Positions 8,685 to 19,500 of a stretch of DNA of 64,000 nt are shown here, piece after piece. The translations under genes and the position numbers were made by a program. The stretch spans positions 170,599 to 234,598 of the forward strand of contig JBBDYJ010000010.1 of the NCBI GenBank assembly GCA_040901675.1, read 5' to 3'. This stretch comes from Pirellulales bacterium. GTDB taxonomy: Bacteria; Planctomycetota; Planctomycetia; Pirellulales; JAICIG01. Position 1 is the first letter of the stretch, and every line of letters begins with the position of its first letter. The notes below the pieces were generated by a model that worked only from the letters and a program-made list of their open reading frames with translations, had not been told where the DNA came from and did not search any database.

Positions 8685-11600
8685 TTAGTGGGGGGCGGGG
8701 GCGGCGTGCCGAAGATGGGTGCGCGTGAGGTGGGCGGGCAAGAGGGCGTCGAGGCGATGCACGAAGACGACGTCCTCGGGCAAGTTCGCCTCGGCCAGCT
8801 CGACGAGGTGCTGGTGGTGCGTGAAAAAGATCACCTGGGCGCGGCGCGAAAGACGGGCCAAGGCCTGCAGAGTCGCAACGGAGCGGTCGTTGTCGAACTT
8901 GATCAAAATGTCGTCGACGATGAAAGGAATCGGCTCGTTGCGGCCCAGATATGCCTCGATGCCGGCCAGCCGCAACGCCAGGTAAAGCTGGTCGGCCGTG
9001 CCTTCGCTCATCGCCTCCACGCCGATCGTGGCAGGGCCCGGCGCGCTGCCCGGCGCGCGCACGGCCATGAGGACCGGGTCGCCCCGATCGTTGAAGTCGG
9101 CCCGCAGGTCGGCGAACGAGCCGGCGGTCAGCTCGGCAAACAACTCGCCTGCCCGCTTGATGATCGGCCCCTGGTTGTTGTCGCGGTAACGCTCGATCGC
9201 CTTGCGGAGCACGGCCGCGGCCAAACGCAGCCGGGCGTATTCGTCGACGTGCCCCTCGATCCGGGCCCGCAGGCTCTGCTCCTGCTCGGCCGCGTCGGCG
9301 GCGGCCGGGCGGGAGTCCATTTTTCTCAGCACTTCGGCCTCGATGGCGATCGTGCGATTCTGCTGGTCGTACTCGAGCCTGTCCTGCTCGATCCGGCGCT
9401 CGAGCTGGGCGATGCGCTCGTCGAGCTGGCTTGCGTCGGACTGCTCGATGGAACGGATCAACTCCTCCAGGGGCACTCCCCCGCCAAGCCGCAGCAGCTC
9501 CCTCTCCAACGCGGCGGCTTCCCGCTCTAGCTGCCGCACCTGGTCCGAGAGGCGTTCCAAACCGGGCAGCGCCTCGTGATCCTCACAGCCCGCCTCCTGG
9601 CAGAGCGCGGCCAGCATGCCCTGCGATTGCTCGATGGCCTGCCGGGCCATGGCATGCTGATCGGCGAGTTGCCCGCGCTCCCGGAGCAACGTCTCGCGCT
9701 GAATCCTGGCCTCGGTCGCTTGGCGATAGCGGTCGATCAACAACTGGGCCACCTCGTGCGGGGGACTGGAGGGCTCATCACGCGGAGCGTGACGGCTACT
9801 GAGGCCGGGCGGCTCATCACGCCCAGCGTGATGGCGACTGAGGCCAGCGTCGCAGGCACGGGCCAGCTCGATCACCCAACGGGCGAACTGCTCGGCCTCG
9901 CGGCCGATTCCGGCGATGCGGGCCTGGTAGGTTTGGGCCGCGTCCAACTTTTCGAACAGCTCCTCAAGGCTGGCGAGAACGCCGTTGGCCTGCTGGGCGG
10001 TGGCCTCGGCCGGCAGCCCCAGGGGTGCCAGGGCCGCGGCCCAGCGCATGGTCCACTGGTCCAGCTCGCGGCCGGCGTCGTCCAGAATGTTTTGCCATTT
10101 TTCGCGGCGCGCCTCGAGTCCGCGGATCTCGTCGGTCAACTGCGCGCGATCGGCCGCCACCGCCTTGGCGCGATCGACGAGCTCCAGGACGCGTTCGGCA
10201 ATTGCGGCCAGCGATTCGTCCGGATCGGCGGGCCGCTGGCCGAGATTTTCGAGGCATCGGCTCAACTCGGCCCGCGCGGCGGCCAGCCGCTCGTCGAGCG
10301 AGCGGCACTGGGCGCTTTGAGCGGCGGCGGCCTCGGCCCGTTGAACGATTTCTTGCCGGGCGGAATGCCAGGCATGCATTTCGCGCGGCGACAAGCAGTC
10401 GATGCCCAGCGGCGCCCAGAGCGACGACCACTGGGCCTGGAGCTCGTTCAACTCGGACTCGGCGTGGGCTTGCTCGGCGGCGAGCAGCGCGATCTCATCC
10501 AACGAGGCCTGGCGGGTTGATTCGAGATTGGCCAACGAGGCCACGCGATCGGCTTCGCGCCTGAGGCGGTCGGCCAGCTCGTCGCTGGCGCGGACGGCCG
10601 CTTCATAGGCCTCGGCCAGATCGCCGGCGTTGGCGTCGGCCGCGTAGGCCCACCCCTCGGTCGAGTCGGCCTGGCCCAACTGCCAGAGCTCGCGGACGAG
10701 GCGCCAGCCTTCGTCGCGGCGGCGGCGGACGTCGGCCAGGGCGGCTTCCGTCGGCACCGCGCCTGACATTCGCAATTGATTGAGGCGGCGTTCGTCGTCC
10801 GCAAGGCGAGTGCGGGCGCGGTCGATCCGCGCGGCCAGGTCGGCAAGGCACAGTTTGGCCTCAGACAGTTGGGCGTCGAAGCGGTCGATCGTTTCGACCG
10901 CCGGGACGGCGGCCTGAACAAGTTGCTCGACCGGTTGCGACCAGAGCGGCAGCCGCGCCAGCAAGGCGGCCGTCTGCTGCTGAGCTTCTTGGCGGCCGGC
11001 CCGCGCGGCGGTTAGGTCGTCGTCGAGCGGCCCCTGCCCTTGAGCGCGGCGCAGGGCGGCGGCCAGCGGCCGCACGTCGAGCGGCGGTCCGAGCATCTCG
11101 AGGCGCTGGCGCGCGAGGCGAAGCAACTCGAAGGCCTCGTCGAACTCGGCCTGGGCTTGCCGGCGGCTGCCGGCCAGTGCCTCCTGGCGGCTGCCCAGGT
11201 TCTGGATTTCGATCTGTTGTTGTTTGGTCAGCCGCAGACTGGCGGCGGCCTCCAGCGGCAGCTCCGGGCGCAGGTCGCGCAAGAGCCGCCGCGCCTCCGA
11301 TTCGAGTGCGGCGCAATCGGCCACGATCGTCGGCAGGTCGCGCTGGGCTTTTTTGTAAGCCCCCAGGTCCTGCTGAAGCTGCTCGATTTCAGCCGACATC
11401 TCGACGAGCGATTCGACGGGGCCGATCCTTTCGAGCCGGGCGTCCAAGTCACGGATCGACTCGTCGGCGCGTTGAGCCGCGGACCGGGCCACGATCCACT
11501 CGGCCACGGCATCCTGCCGGCGCTGGGAGAATTGTTCGGAGAGGAGCCGCACATGGGAGAGATTGCCAAGCTGTGCCCGGATTGCTTTCAACTCCGCCAG

Positions 11601-12341
11601 CCGGGGCAGAGCGTCGCGGATCCGCTCCAGGCGGCCCTTTTCCACGTTGTCCGCTGCGAGCCGCGTTTCGACCTCGCGCAGCCGCCGCCGGGCCTCGTCG
11701 AGCGCCTTGTCGTGGCCGACCCACTCGGCGGTGGGCAACTGCGATTCGCGGACTGTGCGGCGGGCCTGTTGCCATTCGGCCAGGCCCTTGTTGATCCGAG
11801 GCGTCGAGCCACTCGGTTTGAATAGCTTTTCGCACTCTGTTTGCAGGGCTTGTTGAACCGTGCGCAAGCGGGCGATGCCTGAACCGGCGGCGAACAGCGT
11901 CTGGCCCAAGTCGCCTCCTCCCTCCACGATCGCGCGGCCCCCCTCGACCAGCGCCTGGTGGTCGATGCCGAACATGCAGTCGAATGCGGAGCGGTCCAGG
12001 CCGCCCAGGTAGCGCTCGACCAGCGCGGGATCGAGAACGGCGTCGTCATCGGCGTCGCGCAGATCGTTCTTGGCGGCCTTTCGGCGGACACACTTCAAGA
12101 GCGAGCCGTCGCCCCCGCGCAGCACGGCGCCGATCCTCAAGCTGGCGTAGGGGTGCAGAAAATCGTCCGGCGTCCTGGCCGTAATGCCGTACAGGAACTG
12201 CTTCAAGGCCCGCAGCATCGACGTCTTGCCCGCCTCGTTGGGGCCATAGATGATGTGCAGGCCCTCGTGCCCCGCATCCAGGTCGATCACCAGGTCGGTG
12301 AAGGGGCCAAAAGCCCGCAAATCGAGACGCGCGATCTTCAT
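8685..12341 (-). CDS. YhaN-like SMC/Rad50-type ATPase (AAA_27) with long coiled coil
   Basis: MKIARLDLRAFGPF, Walker A YGPNEAGKTS, C-terminal MSEGTADQLYLALRLA, PFIVDDILIKFD, FFTHH. Confidence 0.9.
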   Translation of the reverse strand: MKIARLDLRAFGPFTDLVIDLDAGHEGLHIIYGPNEAGKTSMLRALKQFLYGITARTPDDFLHPYASLRIGAVLRGGDGSLLKCVRRKAAKNDLRDADDDAVLDPALVERYLGGLDRSAFDCMFGIDHQALVEGGRAIVEGGGDLGQTLFAAGSGIARLRTVQQALQTECEKLFKPSGSTPRINKGLAEWQQARRTVRESQLPTAEWVGHDKALDEARRRLREVETRLAADNVEKGRLERIRDALPRLAELKAIRAQLGNLSHVRLLSEQFSQRRQDAVAEWIVARSAAQRADESIRDLDARLERIGPVESLVEMSAEIEQLQQDLGAYKKAQRDLPTIVADCAALESEARRLLRDLRPELPLEAAASLRLTKQQQIEIQNLGSRQEALAGSRRQAQAEFDEAFELLRLARQRLEMLGPPLDVRPLAAALRRAQGQGPLDDDLTAARAGRQEAQQQTAALLARLPLWSQPVEQLVQAAVPAVETIDRFDAQLSEAKLCLADLAARIDRARTRLADDERRLNQLRMSGAVPTEAALADVRRRRDEGWRLVRELWQLGQADSTEGWAYAADANAGDLAEAYEAAVRASDELADRLRREADRVASLANLESTRQASLDEIALLAAEQAHAESELNELQAQWSSLWAPLGIDCLSPREMHAWHSARQEIVQRAEAAAAQSAQCRSLDERLAAARAELSRCLENLGQRPADPDESLAAIAERVLELVDRAKAVAADRAQLTDEIRGLEARREKWQNILDDAGRELDQWTMRWAAALAPLGLPAEATAQQANGVLASLEELFEKLDAAQTYQARIAGIGREAEQFARWVIELARACDAGLSRHHAGRDEPPGLSSRHAPRDEPSSPPHEVAQLLIDRYRQATEARIQRETLLRERGQLADQHAMARQAIEQSQGMLAALCQEAGCEDHEALPGLERLSDQVRQLEREAAALERELLRLGGGVPLEELIRSIEQSDASQLDERIAQLERRIEQDRLEYDQQNRTIAIEAEVLRKMDSRPAAADAAEQEQSLRARIEGHVDEYARLRLAAAVLRKAIERYRDNNQGPIIKRAGELFAELTAGSFADLRADFNDRGDPVLMAVRAPGSAPGPATIGVEAMSEGTADQLYLALRLAGIEAYLGRNEPIPFIVDDILIKFDNDRSVATLQALARLSRRAQVIFFTHHQHLVELAEANLPEDVVFVHRLDALLPAHLTRTHLRHAAPAPH

Positions 12342-13603
12342 GTTTCCTCCGTGAGCGCCAGCAGGCGGTCGACGAGCATCGCCTCGACGTGGACCATGGC
12401 GTCGCCGAGCCAGGCCGGGTCGCCGAGCGGCACCCGATCGGGGCCTTCCTTCAACTCCGCGGGCAGCTTGCGCGCGAGGTCGGCCAGCTCCTGGCCCAGG
12501 CCGGCCAAGGCCGCCGGGTCGGCGCGAACCTCGTCGATATACTGGAGCAACTCGCCGAGCGGTCCGTCGCTTGCGCGCCCGCCATCCAATCGGCGAACGG
12601 GCGCTGTGCGCAGGAGCACCTTTTCGATCCAAACCCGGCCGCAGGCGAGGTGCAAAGCCGCCGCGCGGACTTCGTTGATCCAGCGCTCGGGTTGCGAGAC
12701 CAGCCGCTGGTGCGCGCGGCAAGGGCCGCGAATGTCGACCCGCAAGGCCAGCGGGCGGCCGTCGCCGTGGCGCAGGAGTTGTTCCAGGGCGGCCTGAAAT
12801 CGGTTCAAGACATCGCCTTCGTCGTCGGCGCTGCCGGCTTCGACCGCCAGTTGCTCCCAGCGAATCACGTCGAGCGGCCGGAATTCGGCAGTGGCCCGCC
12901 GTTGATCGTCGACGCTGACGAGCAAGCAGCCCTTGGCGCCCGTTTCGCGGATGTGCCGTCCTTGGATGTTGCCGGGGAAATGGATCGGCGGATCATGGCT
13001 GAGCACTTCCCGCTGGTGCACGTGCCCCAGGGCCCAATAGTCGTATTGCCTGGTGCGAAGGCCGTCGAGGGTACACGGCGCATACGGTTCGTGCCCCGGC
13101 CGGCCGGTGGCGGAGGTGTGCAGCACGCCGACGTTGAAGTATCCCGGCGTTGCGGCGGGGTAGCGTTGGGACAGATCGTCGCTGCACGCGGCGGTGGCGA
13201 AGCCCTGGCCATGGATCATCGTGCCGCACTCGTCCAGCGGCACCGTTTCCGGCTGGCCCGTGGAGAGCTGGCGGACATTGTCGGGCAGCCGCAGGCTTTT
13301 GGTCATGCGGTTGGCCGCATCGTGATTGCCGGCGATCAAGTAGGCGTTGATGCCGGCCTCGCGGAGCCTGGCCATCTGGCCGACAAAGAAGAGGCCCGTC
13401 TGGTGGTCGTGCCAATCGCCGTCGTACAAGTCGCCGGCCAGCAGGAGGAAGGCCGCTTGCTCGTCGATGGCCAACTGAACCAGGTTGGCCAGGGCCCGCC
13501 GGGTGGCGCCGCGTATTTCGTCGACGGGGGCCTCTTCGTAGCGCTCCAGGCCGCGCAGCGGGCTGTCGAGATGGATGTCGGCGGCGTGAACGAACTTGAA
13601 CAT
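12338..13603 (-). CDS. YhaO/SbcD/Mre11-like DNA repair exonuclease
   Basis: HAADIHLDSP, AGDLYD, AGNHD, LHT, WALGHVH, FPGNIQGRH metallophosphoesterase motifs; ATGA overlap with yhaN-like gene. Confidence 0.92.
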   Translation of the reverse strand: MFKFVHAADIHLDSPLRGLERYEEAPVDEIRGATRRALANLVQLAIDEQAAFLLLAGDLYDGDWHDHQTGLFFVGQMARLREAGINAYLIAGNHDAANRMTKSLRLPDNVRQLSTGQPETVPLDECGTMIHGQGFATAACSDDLSQRYPAATPGYFNVGVLHTSATGRPGHEPYAPCTLDGLRTRQYDYWALGHVHQREVLSHDPPIHFPGNIQGRHIRETGAKGCLLVSVDDQRRATAEFRPLDVIRWEQLAVEAGSADDEGDVLNRFQAALEQLLRHGDGRPLALRVDIRGPCRAHQRLVSQPERWINEVRAAALHLACGRVWIEKVLLRTAPVRRLDGGRASDGPLGELLQYIDEVRADPAALAGLGQELADLARKLPAELKEGPDRVPLGDPAWLGDAMVHVEAMLVDRLLALTEET

Positions 13604-13781
13604 TGGCAACCCCTCCGTGGACCGTTAACCGGCATCCGCCAAGCGGTGGCACCAACCTAGTTGGCAAGAGCCGATTATACTGTACAATTGTCACGTTGAA
13701 AAGGAGTTGTCAAGCGGGACGGGAACCCTGTCCTGTTTTTTCTTGAAGACCTCCCCATGAGGGCCGTGAGGGCCGAGCAGG

Positions 13782-16577
13782 ATGCCGATCGAGCGCCGCT
13801 GGATTGACTGGCAGAAGCCGGCCTTGGCCGCGGCGGCCGACTACCTGCTCGAGTTGGGGTCGCGCGCCAAGCGGCTCGACCTGGGCGGCGTGATCGTCGC
13901 GGTGACCGGCAGCGGGGCGGGGCGGCGGCTGGTGGAGATTCTGGTCGAGCGGGCGGAGTCGGCCGGGCTGCCGCTGGTCCCTCCACATGTGGTGACGGTG
14001 GGGAAGTTGCCGGAGTTGCTCTACGAGGCGCGGCAGCCGTTCGCCGACGACACGGTGCAGCAGCTTGCCTGGGTCGGAGTGCTCAAGTCGTTGGGCGCTG
14101 ACAAGCTGGCTCCGCTGGTGCCTCGGCCGCCGGACGACGACGACCTGTTCGGCTGGCTGGCACTGGGCCAGATGCTGGCGCATCTGCACCGCGAGCTGGC
14201 GGGCGACGCGCTCAATTTTTCGGACGTGGCCGAGCAAGGCGCCCGGCTGCCGGCGTTCAACGAAACGGGCCGCTGGCGATTGCTGGCCGAGATCCAGGAG
14301 GCGTACCTGCGTGCGCTCGACTCGCATGGTCTATGGGACCTGCAAACGGCGCGGCTGTTTGCCATAGAGCACCGCGAGTGCCGGACCGACAAGCGGATCG
14401 TGCTGGTGGGCACGGTGGACCTGAACCGTGCCCAGCGGGCGATGCTGGACCAGGTGGCCGATCGCGTCACGGCGCTGGTTTTCGCTCCGGCGGAACTGGC
14501 GGACCGGTTCGACGAGCATGGTTGCCTTCTGCCGGAGAAGTGGCAAGAGCCGCCTTCCACGCTGGCCGGCGACCAGATCGAGGTGGTCGACGGGCCGGCC
14601 GACCAGGCCCAGGCGGTGGTGCAGGCGCTGGCGTCGTTCGGCGGCCGCTACGCGGCGGCGGAGATTACGATCGGGGTGGCCGACGAAACGGTGGTGCCAT
14701 ACATCGAACAACGGCTGGCCCAATGCGGTTTGAGGGCGCGGCATGGCGCAGGCATTCCGGTTTCCCGCTCCGGACCTTACTGCTTGCTGGCCTGCCTGGC
14801 CGACTACGTGGAGTCGGGCCGGTTTGCGCCGTTCGCCGCGCTGGTGCGGCACCCGGCCGTGGCAGGCTGGCTTGCCAGGCGAGGCTTCGAGCCCGGGCGG
14901 CTGACCTGCATCGACAAGTACTACAACGAGCACCTGCCTTCGCGGCTGGACGGAAACTGGACGCAGGGAGGGCTGGCCGGGGCGGTGCGCCGCGTCTACT
15001 CGGCGATCGACGGCCTGGCCGCCGAATTCCGCGGCGCACCACGGCCGCCGGCGGACTGGGTGGAAAAAATCCTCGGTGCGCTGGTCGAGGTGTATTCTCA
15101 CGCGCCGTTGGATCGCGATTGCCCGGCGGACCGGCTGGTGCTGGCCGCCTGCGACAGGATTCACGATGCGCTGGAAGCGTGTGCCACCATCCCATCCCGG
15201 CTGGCTCCGGCAATGGCCGGCGGCGAGGCGCTGCGTCTGGCGCTGCGCTCGCTGGAGAGCGAAGCGGTTCCGCCGCCTGCCGACCAGCAGGCCATCGAGC
15301 TGGCCGGCTGGCTGGAACTGGCGATGGATGACGCGCCGGCGTTGATCGTGACCGGCTTCAACGAAGGGATTGTCCCTTCGGCCCGCAACGGCGACCTGTT
15401 TCTGCCGAACGAGTTGCGCCGCAAGCTGAAACTGGAAGACAACCTTCGCCGCTTTGCCCGCGACGCTTATGCGCTGGCCATGCTGGCCGCCTCACGCAAG
15501 CACCTGCGGGTGATTGCCGGCCGCCGCACCGCCGACAACGAGCCGCTGACCCCGAGCCGGCTGTTGTTCGGCGCCGATGCCCAAACCACCGCCCGGCGGG
15601 CGCTCGCGCTGTTTTCGGCGCCGCAGCCCCGGCGCGGGCCGGCCCCCGGCGGTTTGCGGGCGGGCCGGGCTCAGAGCGGGTTTGCAGTGCCCCGGCCGCT
15701 GCCGCTGCCCGCTCCGGTCGCCGCGATGCGAGTGACCGAGTTCTGCAACTACCTGGCCTGCCCGTACCGCTATTACCTGAGGCACCGGCTGAATCTGAGA
15801 GCACTCGACGACCGGGCGGTGGAGCTCGATCCGGGAGGATTCGGGTCGCTGATTCACGACGTGTTGAACGTCTTCGGGCAGGGGCCGGCCGCCGGCTCGA
15901 CCAGCGCCGCCGAGATCAACCGGGAGCTGGGCCGCGTGCTCGACGAGATCGCCGCCGGCCGCTTTGCGGGCGAGACGCTGCCGGCCGTGGGCATCCAGGT
16001 GGAGCAAGCGCGGAGGCGGCTGGCGGCCTTTGCGACGTGGCAGGCCGACTGGCGGCGCGACGGCTGGCGCATCGTGCACACAGAGGCGGACATCCGGGAT
16101 AAAACGGCGTGGTTGACCGTTGACGGCCAGCCCATGTACTTGACCGGCCGCATCGACCGGATCGACGTGCATGAGCGGACGGGCGAGTTTCAGATTCTCG
16201 ATTACAAGAGCGGCGACGCGGCCAAGACGCCGAACGAAGTCCACCGCATGAAGGACGGCACGTGGATCGACCTGCAACTGCCACTGTACCGGCACCTGGC
16301 CCGGCCGCTGTCGGTTTCAGGAACCATCCGGCTGGGCTACGTGGTGTTGCCCAAGGACGTCAGCAGAGTCGGGCTGCACGCGGCTGAGTGGAGCGACGCG
16401 GACCTGGCATACGCCGACCGCACGGCCGAAAAGGTCATCCGCGACGTTCGTGCCGAGCGCTTCTGGCCCCCGGCGCCGCTGCCCCCCGCATTCTGCGAGG
16501 ATTTTGCCCCGATCTGCGGCGACGGGCAGTTCAGCGCCGCCATGGCGGCGGCCGAGGACGAGGAGGAGACGGCATGA
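13782..16577 (+). CDS. AddB-like helicase/nuclease subunit with C-terminal PD-(D/E)XK nuclease
   Basis: YLACPYRYYL, GSLIHDVL, LTGRIDRID, ILDYKSG, LQLPLY motifs. Confidence 0.85.
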   Translation: MPIERRWIDWQKPALAAAADYLLELGSRAKRLDLGGVIVAVTGSGAGRRLVEILVERAESAGLPLVPPHVVTVGKLPELLYEARQPFADDTVQQLAWVGVLKSLGADKLAPLVPRPPDDDDLFGWLALGQMLAHLHRELAGDALNFSDVAEQGARLPAFNETGRWRLLAEIQEAYLRALDSHGLWDLQTARLFAIEHRECRTDKRIVLVGTVDLNRAQRAMLDQVADRVTALVFAPAELADRFDEHGCLLPEKWQEPPSTLAGDQIEVVDGPADQAQAVVQALASFGGRYAAAEITIGVADETVVPYIEQRLAQCGLRARHGAGIPVSRSGPYCLLACLADYVESGRFAPFAALVRHPAVAGWLARRGFEPGRLTCIDKYYNEHLPSRLDGNWTQGGLAGAVRRVYSAIDGLAAEFRGAPRPPADWVEKILGALVEVYSHAPLDRDCPADRLVLAACDRIHDALEACATIPSRLAPAMAGGEALRLALRSLESEAVPPPADQQAIELAGWLELAMDDAPALIVTGFNEGIVPSARNGDLFLPNELRRKLKLEDNLRRFARDAYALAMLAASRKHLRVIAGRRTADNEPLTPSRLLFGADAQTTARRALALFSAPQPRRGPAPGGLRAGRAQSGFAVPRPLPLPAPVAAMRVTEFCNYLACPYRYYLRHRLNLRALDDRAVELDPGGFGSLIHDVLNVFGQGPAAGSTSAAEINRELGRVLDEIAAGRFAGETLPAVGIQVEQARRRLAAFATWQADWRRDGWRIVHTEADIRDKTAWLTVDGQPMYLTGRIDRIDVHERTGEFQILDYKSGDAAKTPNEVHRMKDGTWIDLQLPLYRHLARPLSVSGTIRLGYVVLPKDVSRVGLHAAEWSDADLAYADRTAEKVIRDVRAERFWPPAPLPPAFCEDFAPICGDGQFSAAMAAAEDEEETA

Positions 16578-19500
16578 CGCACGCCATGGCGGTACCCCAA
16601 GCGCGGCTATTCGCTCACGAGATCATCCGGGCGTCGGCGGGGACCGGCAAGACGTTTCAGCTTTCGAACCGGTTCATCGGCCTGGTGTGCGCCGGCGAGC
16701 CGGCCGACCAGATTCTGGCCGCCACGTTTGCCCGCAAGGCGGCCCGCGAGATCGTCGACCGGGTGCTCTTCCGGCTGGCCGAGGCCGCACTCGACGATAG
16801 CAAGCTGAGTGAGCTGGCGCTCCACGTGGCGGGCGCGCCCGATCGCGACGGCTGCCTGGCGCTGGTCAAGCAGCTCGTCGACCGGCTGCACCGGCTGCGG
16901 ATCGGCACCCTCGACAGCCTGTTCATGCAGATGGCCGGTAGCCACAGCCTGGAGCTTGGGTTGCCGGCCGGATGGCGGGTCGTCGACGAGAGCATCGAAG
17001 AGCGGCTGCGGGTCCAGGCAATCCAGTCGATCCTGCGTGAAGACTCGGCGGGCGAGCTCTTGACGTTGATGCGGCTGCTGAGCAAGGGAGAAATCACCCG
17101 GTCGGTCACCGACCAGATTGCCGAAGTGGTCCGCGACCTCTACCTGCTCTACCAGGATACCGAGCCCGCCGCCTGGCAGGCCGTGCCCGAGCCGGCCAAG
17201 CTGGGGCAGGACGCGTTGGGCGATGCCTTAACGTGCCTGGCCGACTTCGGTGGAACGTTCGACGACCGGCGATTCGCCGATGCCCACGCCAGCGACTTGG
17301 CCCAGGCGCGGCGGGAAGATTGGCTGGGCTTCGTGTCGAACGGGCTGGCGGCCGGCATGCTCAACAACGGCGGAATGTACTCGAAGAAACCGATCGAGCC
17401 TGCGGTGCAGGAAGCCTACCAGCCCGTGATCGAGCACGCTCGGGCGGTATTGATCGGGCAGCTCGCGGGCCAGACGCAGGCCACCTGGCGGCTACTGGAC
17501 AAGTTCGACGCCGTGTACCGGCGGCTCAAGTTCCGCGAGCGGGCCGTGCGGTTCGACGACGTGTGCCGCATTCTGCGGGATGGCCTGTCGAACGGGCGGA
17601 TCGGCGACGTGTCGTACCGGCTCGACGCCCAGGCCGCCCACCTGCTGCTCGACGAGTTCCAGGACACGTCGCTCTCGCAATGGAGCGTTCTGCGACCGCT
17701 GGCCGAGCTGGTGACGGCCAAGGGGTCGGGCCGTTCGCTGTTTTGCGTGGGCGACGTGAAGCAGGCGATCTACGGCTGGCGGGGCGGCGTATCGGAGATC
17801 TTTGAGGCGGTGTGCGACGAGTTCGACGGGTTGACGCACCGCTCGCTGACCCAGAGCTTCCGTTCGAGCCAGGTCGTCATCGATACGGTGAATTCGGTCT
17901 TCGGCAGCCTCGCCGGGAACCCCGCGATGGAGGCCTGCCCCGAGGTGGCCGGCCTGTGGTCCGATCGCTTCCAGCCGCATAGCACGGCGAAGACCGGCCT
18001 CGCCGGCCACGTGCGGCTGCTGGTTGCCCCGGTTGGGCAGCCGGAACAACAGCGCAGTGCAACGTTTGCCTTTGCCGCCGACGAGGTGGCCCGGCTGGCG
18101 GCCCAGCACGCGGGGCGGTCGGTGGGCGTGCTGGTGCGAAAGAACAGCGCGGTGGCGCACTTGATCTACGAGCTGCGCGCCCGGCGGAACGTGCCGGCCA
18201 GCGAGGAAGGGGGCAACCCGCTTACGGACTCGCCGGCCGTGCAGCTTGTGATGTCGCTGTTGAGGCTGGCCGACCACCCGGGAGACACCGTGGCGCGGTT
18301 TCACGTCGCCAGGTCGCCTTTGGGCGGGATCGTCGGCCTCGATCGGCACGACGATGACCCGTTGGCCGAACGGGTCTCGCTCGATGTCCGCCAGCGGCTC
18401 CTGGCCGACGGCTATGCCCGCACCGTGCAGGGCCTGGTCGAGCGGCTGGCCGACTGGTGCGACCAGAGAGAATTGAACCGGCTGGTGCAGCTCGTCGATC
18501 TGTGCCATGCCTACCAGGAGCAGGCCACGGGGCGGGCCGACGATTTCATTGATTATGTTTCGAGCCGCAGGGTGGAAGAGCCGGCGCCGGCCCAGATCCG
18601 CGTGATGACCATTCACCAGGCCAAGGGGTTGGAGTTCGATATCGTCGTGCTGCCGGAGCTCGACGTGAATCTGAAAGGGCAGGTGCCGCGAGTGGTGGTC
18701 GAGCGGGCTCGGCCGACGGCTCCCGTGACCCGGCTGTGCCGCTACGCGAACAAGTGGGTGCAACGGCTGCTGCCGGACGACTGGCGAAAACTGTTCGACG
18801 AGTGGCCGCGGCAGGCGGTGAACGAGTCGCTGTGCCTGCTCTACGTGTCGCTCACCAGGGCGGTCCACTCGCTGGTGATGATCATTCCGCCGAAGACGAA
18901 CGGCAAGACCTGGCCCAAGACGATGGCCGGCGCGCTGCACGCGGCGTTGGCGCCCGATCGGACGGCGGATGCGGAGGCCATCCTGTACGAACGGGGCGAT
19001 TCCAAATGGTCGGCGGGCGATGCCGCGGACGGCGAGCCGACCATTGAACGTCCCGCGGTAGAGATTCATACGGCAGGCCCGATCCGGTTGGCGGAGGCAG
19101 GTACTCGCCGACGGGGTTTGGAGCGGCAGAGTCCCTCGTCGATGCAGGGTGGAAAACGGGTCGATCTGGCCAGGCGGCTGCGGTTGGACAGCCGGGCGAC
19201 GACGCGGGGCAGCCTGGTACACGCCTGGTTCGAGTGCGTCGAATGGCTCGACGACGGCGGGCCAACCGACGCCGTCCTCATGGCCACCGCCCGCAAGCTG
19301 GTTACAGCGGATCTGGATCTGGCCGCGGAGTTGGCGCAGTTTCGCCGGGCGCTGGAGCTTCCGGCCGTGCGGCAGGCGTTGTCGCGTGATCCCGGCTGGC
19401 GCGGCGGCGCGGCCCGTTTCGACAAGCTGGGCTTCGAACCGCATGTGTGCGGCGAGCTGGCCGGACGGCCGCTCGAGTGCGAGGTGCAGCGCGAATGCCC

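Noticed and set aside
8230..8685. Riboswitch or known ncRNA in the leader of the PspA operon
   Set aside because: No known aptamer consensus recognised by eye; the hairpins are explained by repeat families. An Rfam search would settle it.
12342..12722. N-terminal extensions in the ORF track (yhaN-like; also 2369-3154, 16388-16573, 25312-26097, 51623-52129)
   Set aside because: They overlap upstream genes; family-typical starts, mostly overlapping or adjacent to the upstream stop, lie downstream.
8685..13603. Wadjet or Lamassu-type SMC defence system
   Set aside because: Motifs and the metallophosphoesterase partner fit YhaN/YhaO; no JetA/B/D or Lamassu effector genes are adjacent.
13676..13696. 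Possible LexA/SOS box (tactgtacaattgtcacg) between the repair operons
   Set aside because: Only one half of CTGT-N8-ACAG matches; the Planctomycete LexA motif cannot be established from this window.
15760..16577. Cas4-like nuclease suggesting a CRISPR locus
   Set aside because: It is the C-terminal PD-(D/E)XK domain of an AddB-like protein coupled to an AddA-like gene; no array or cas genes.
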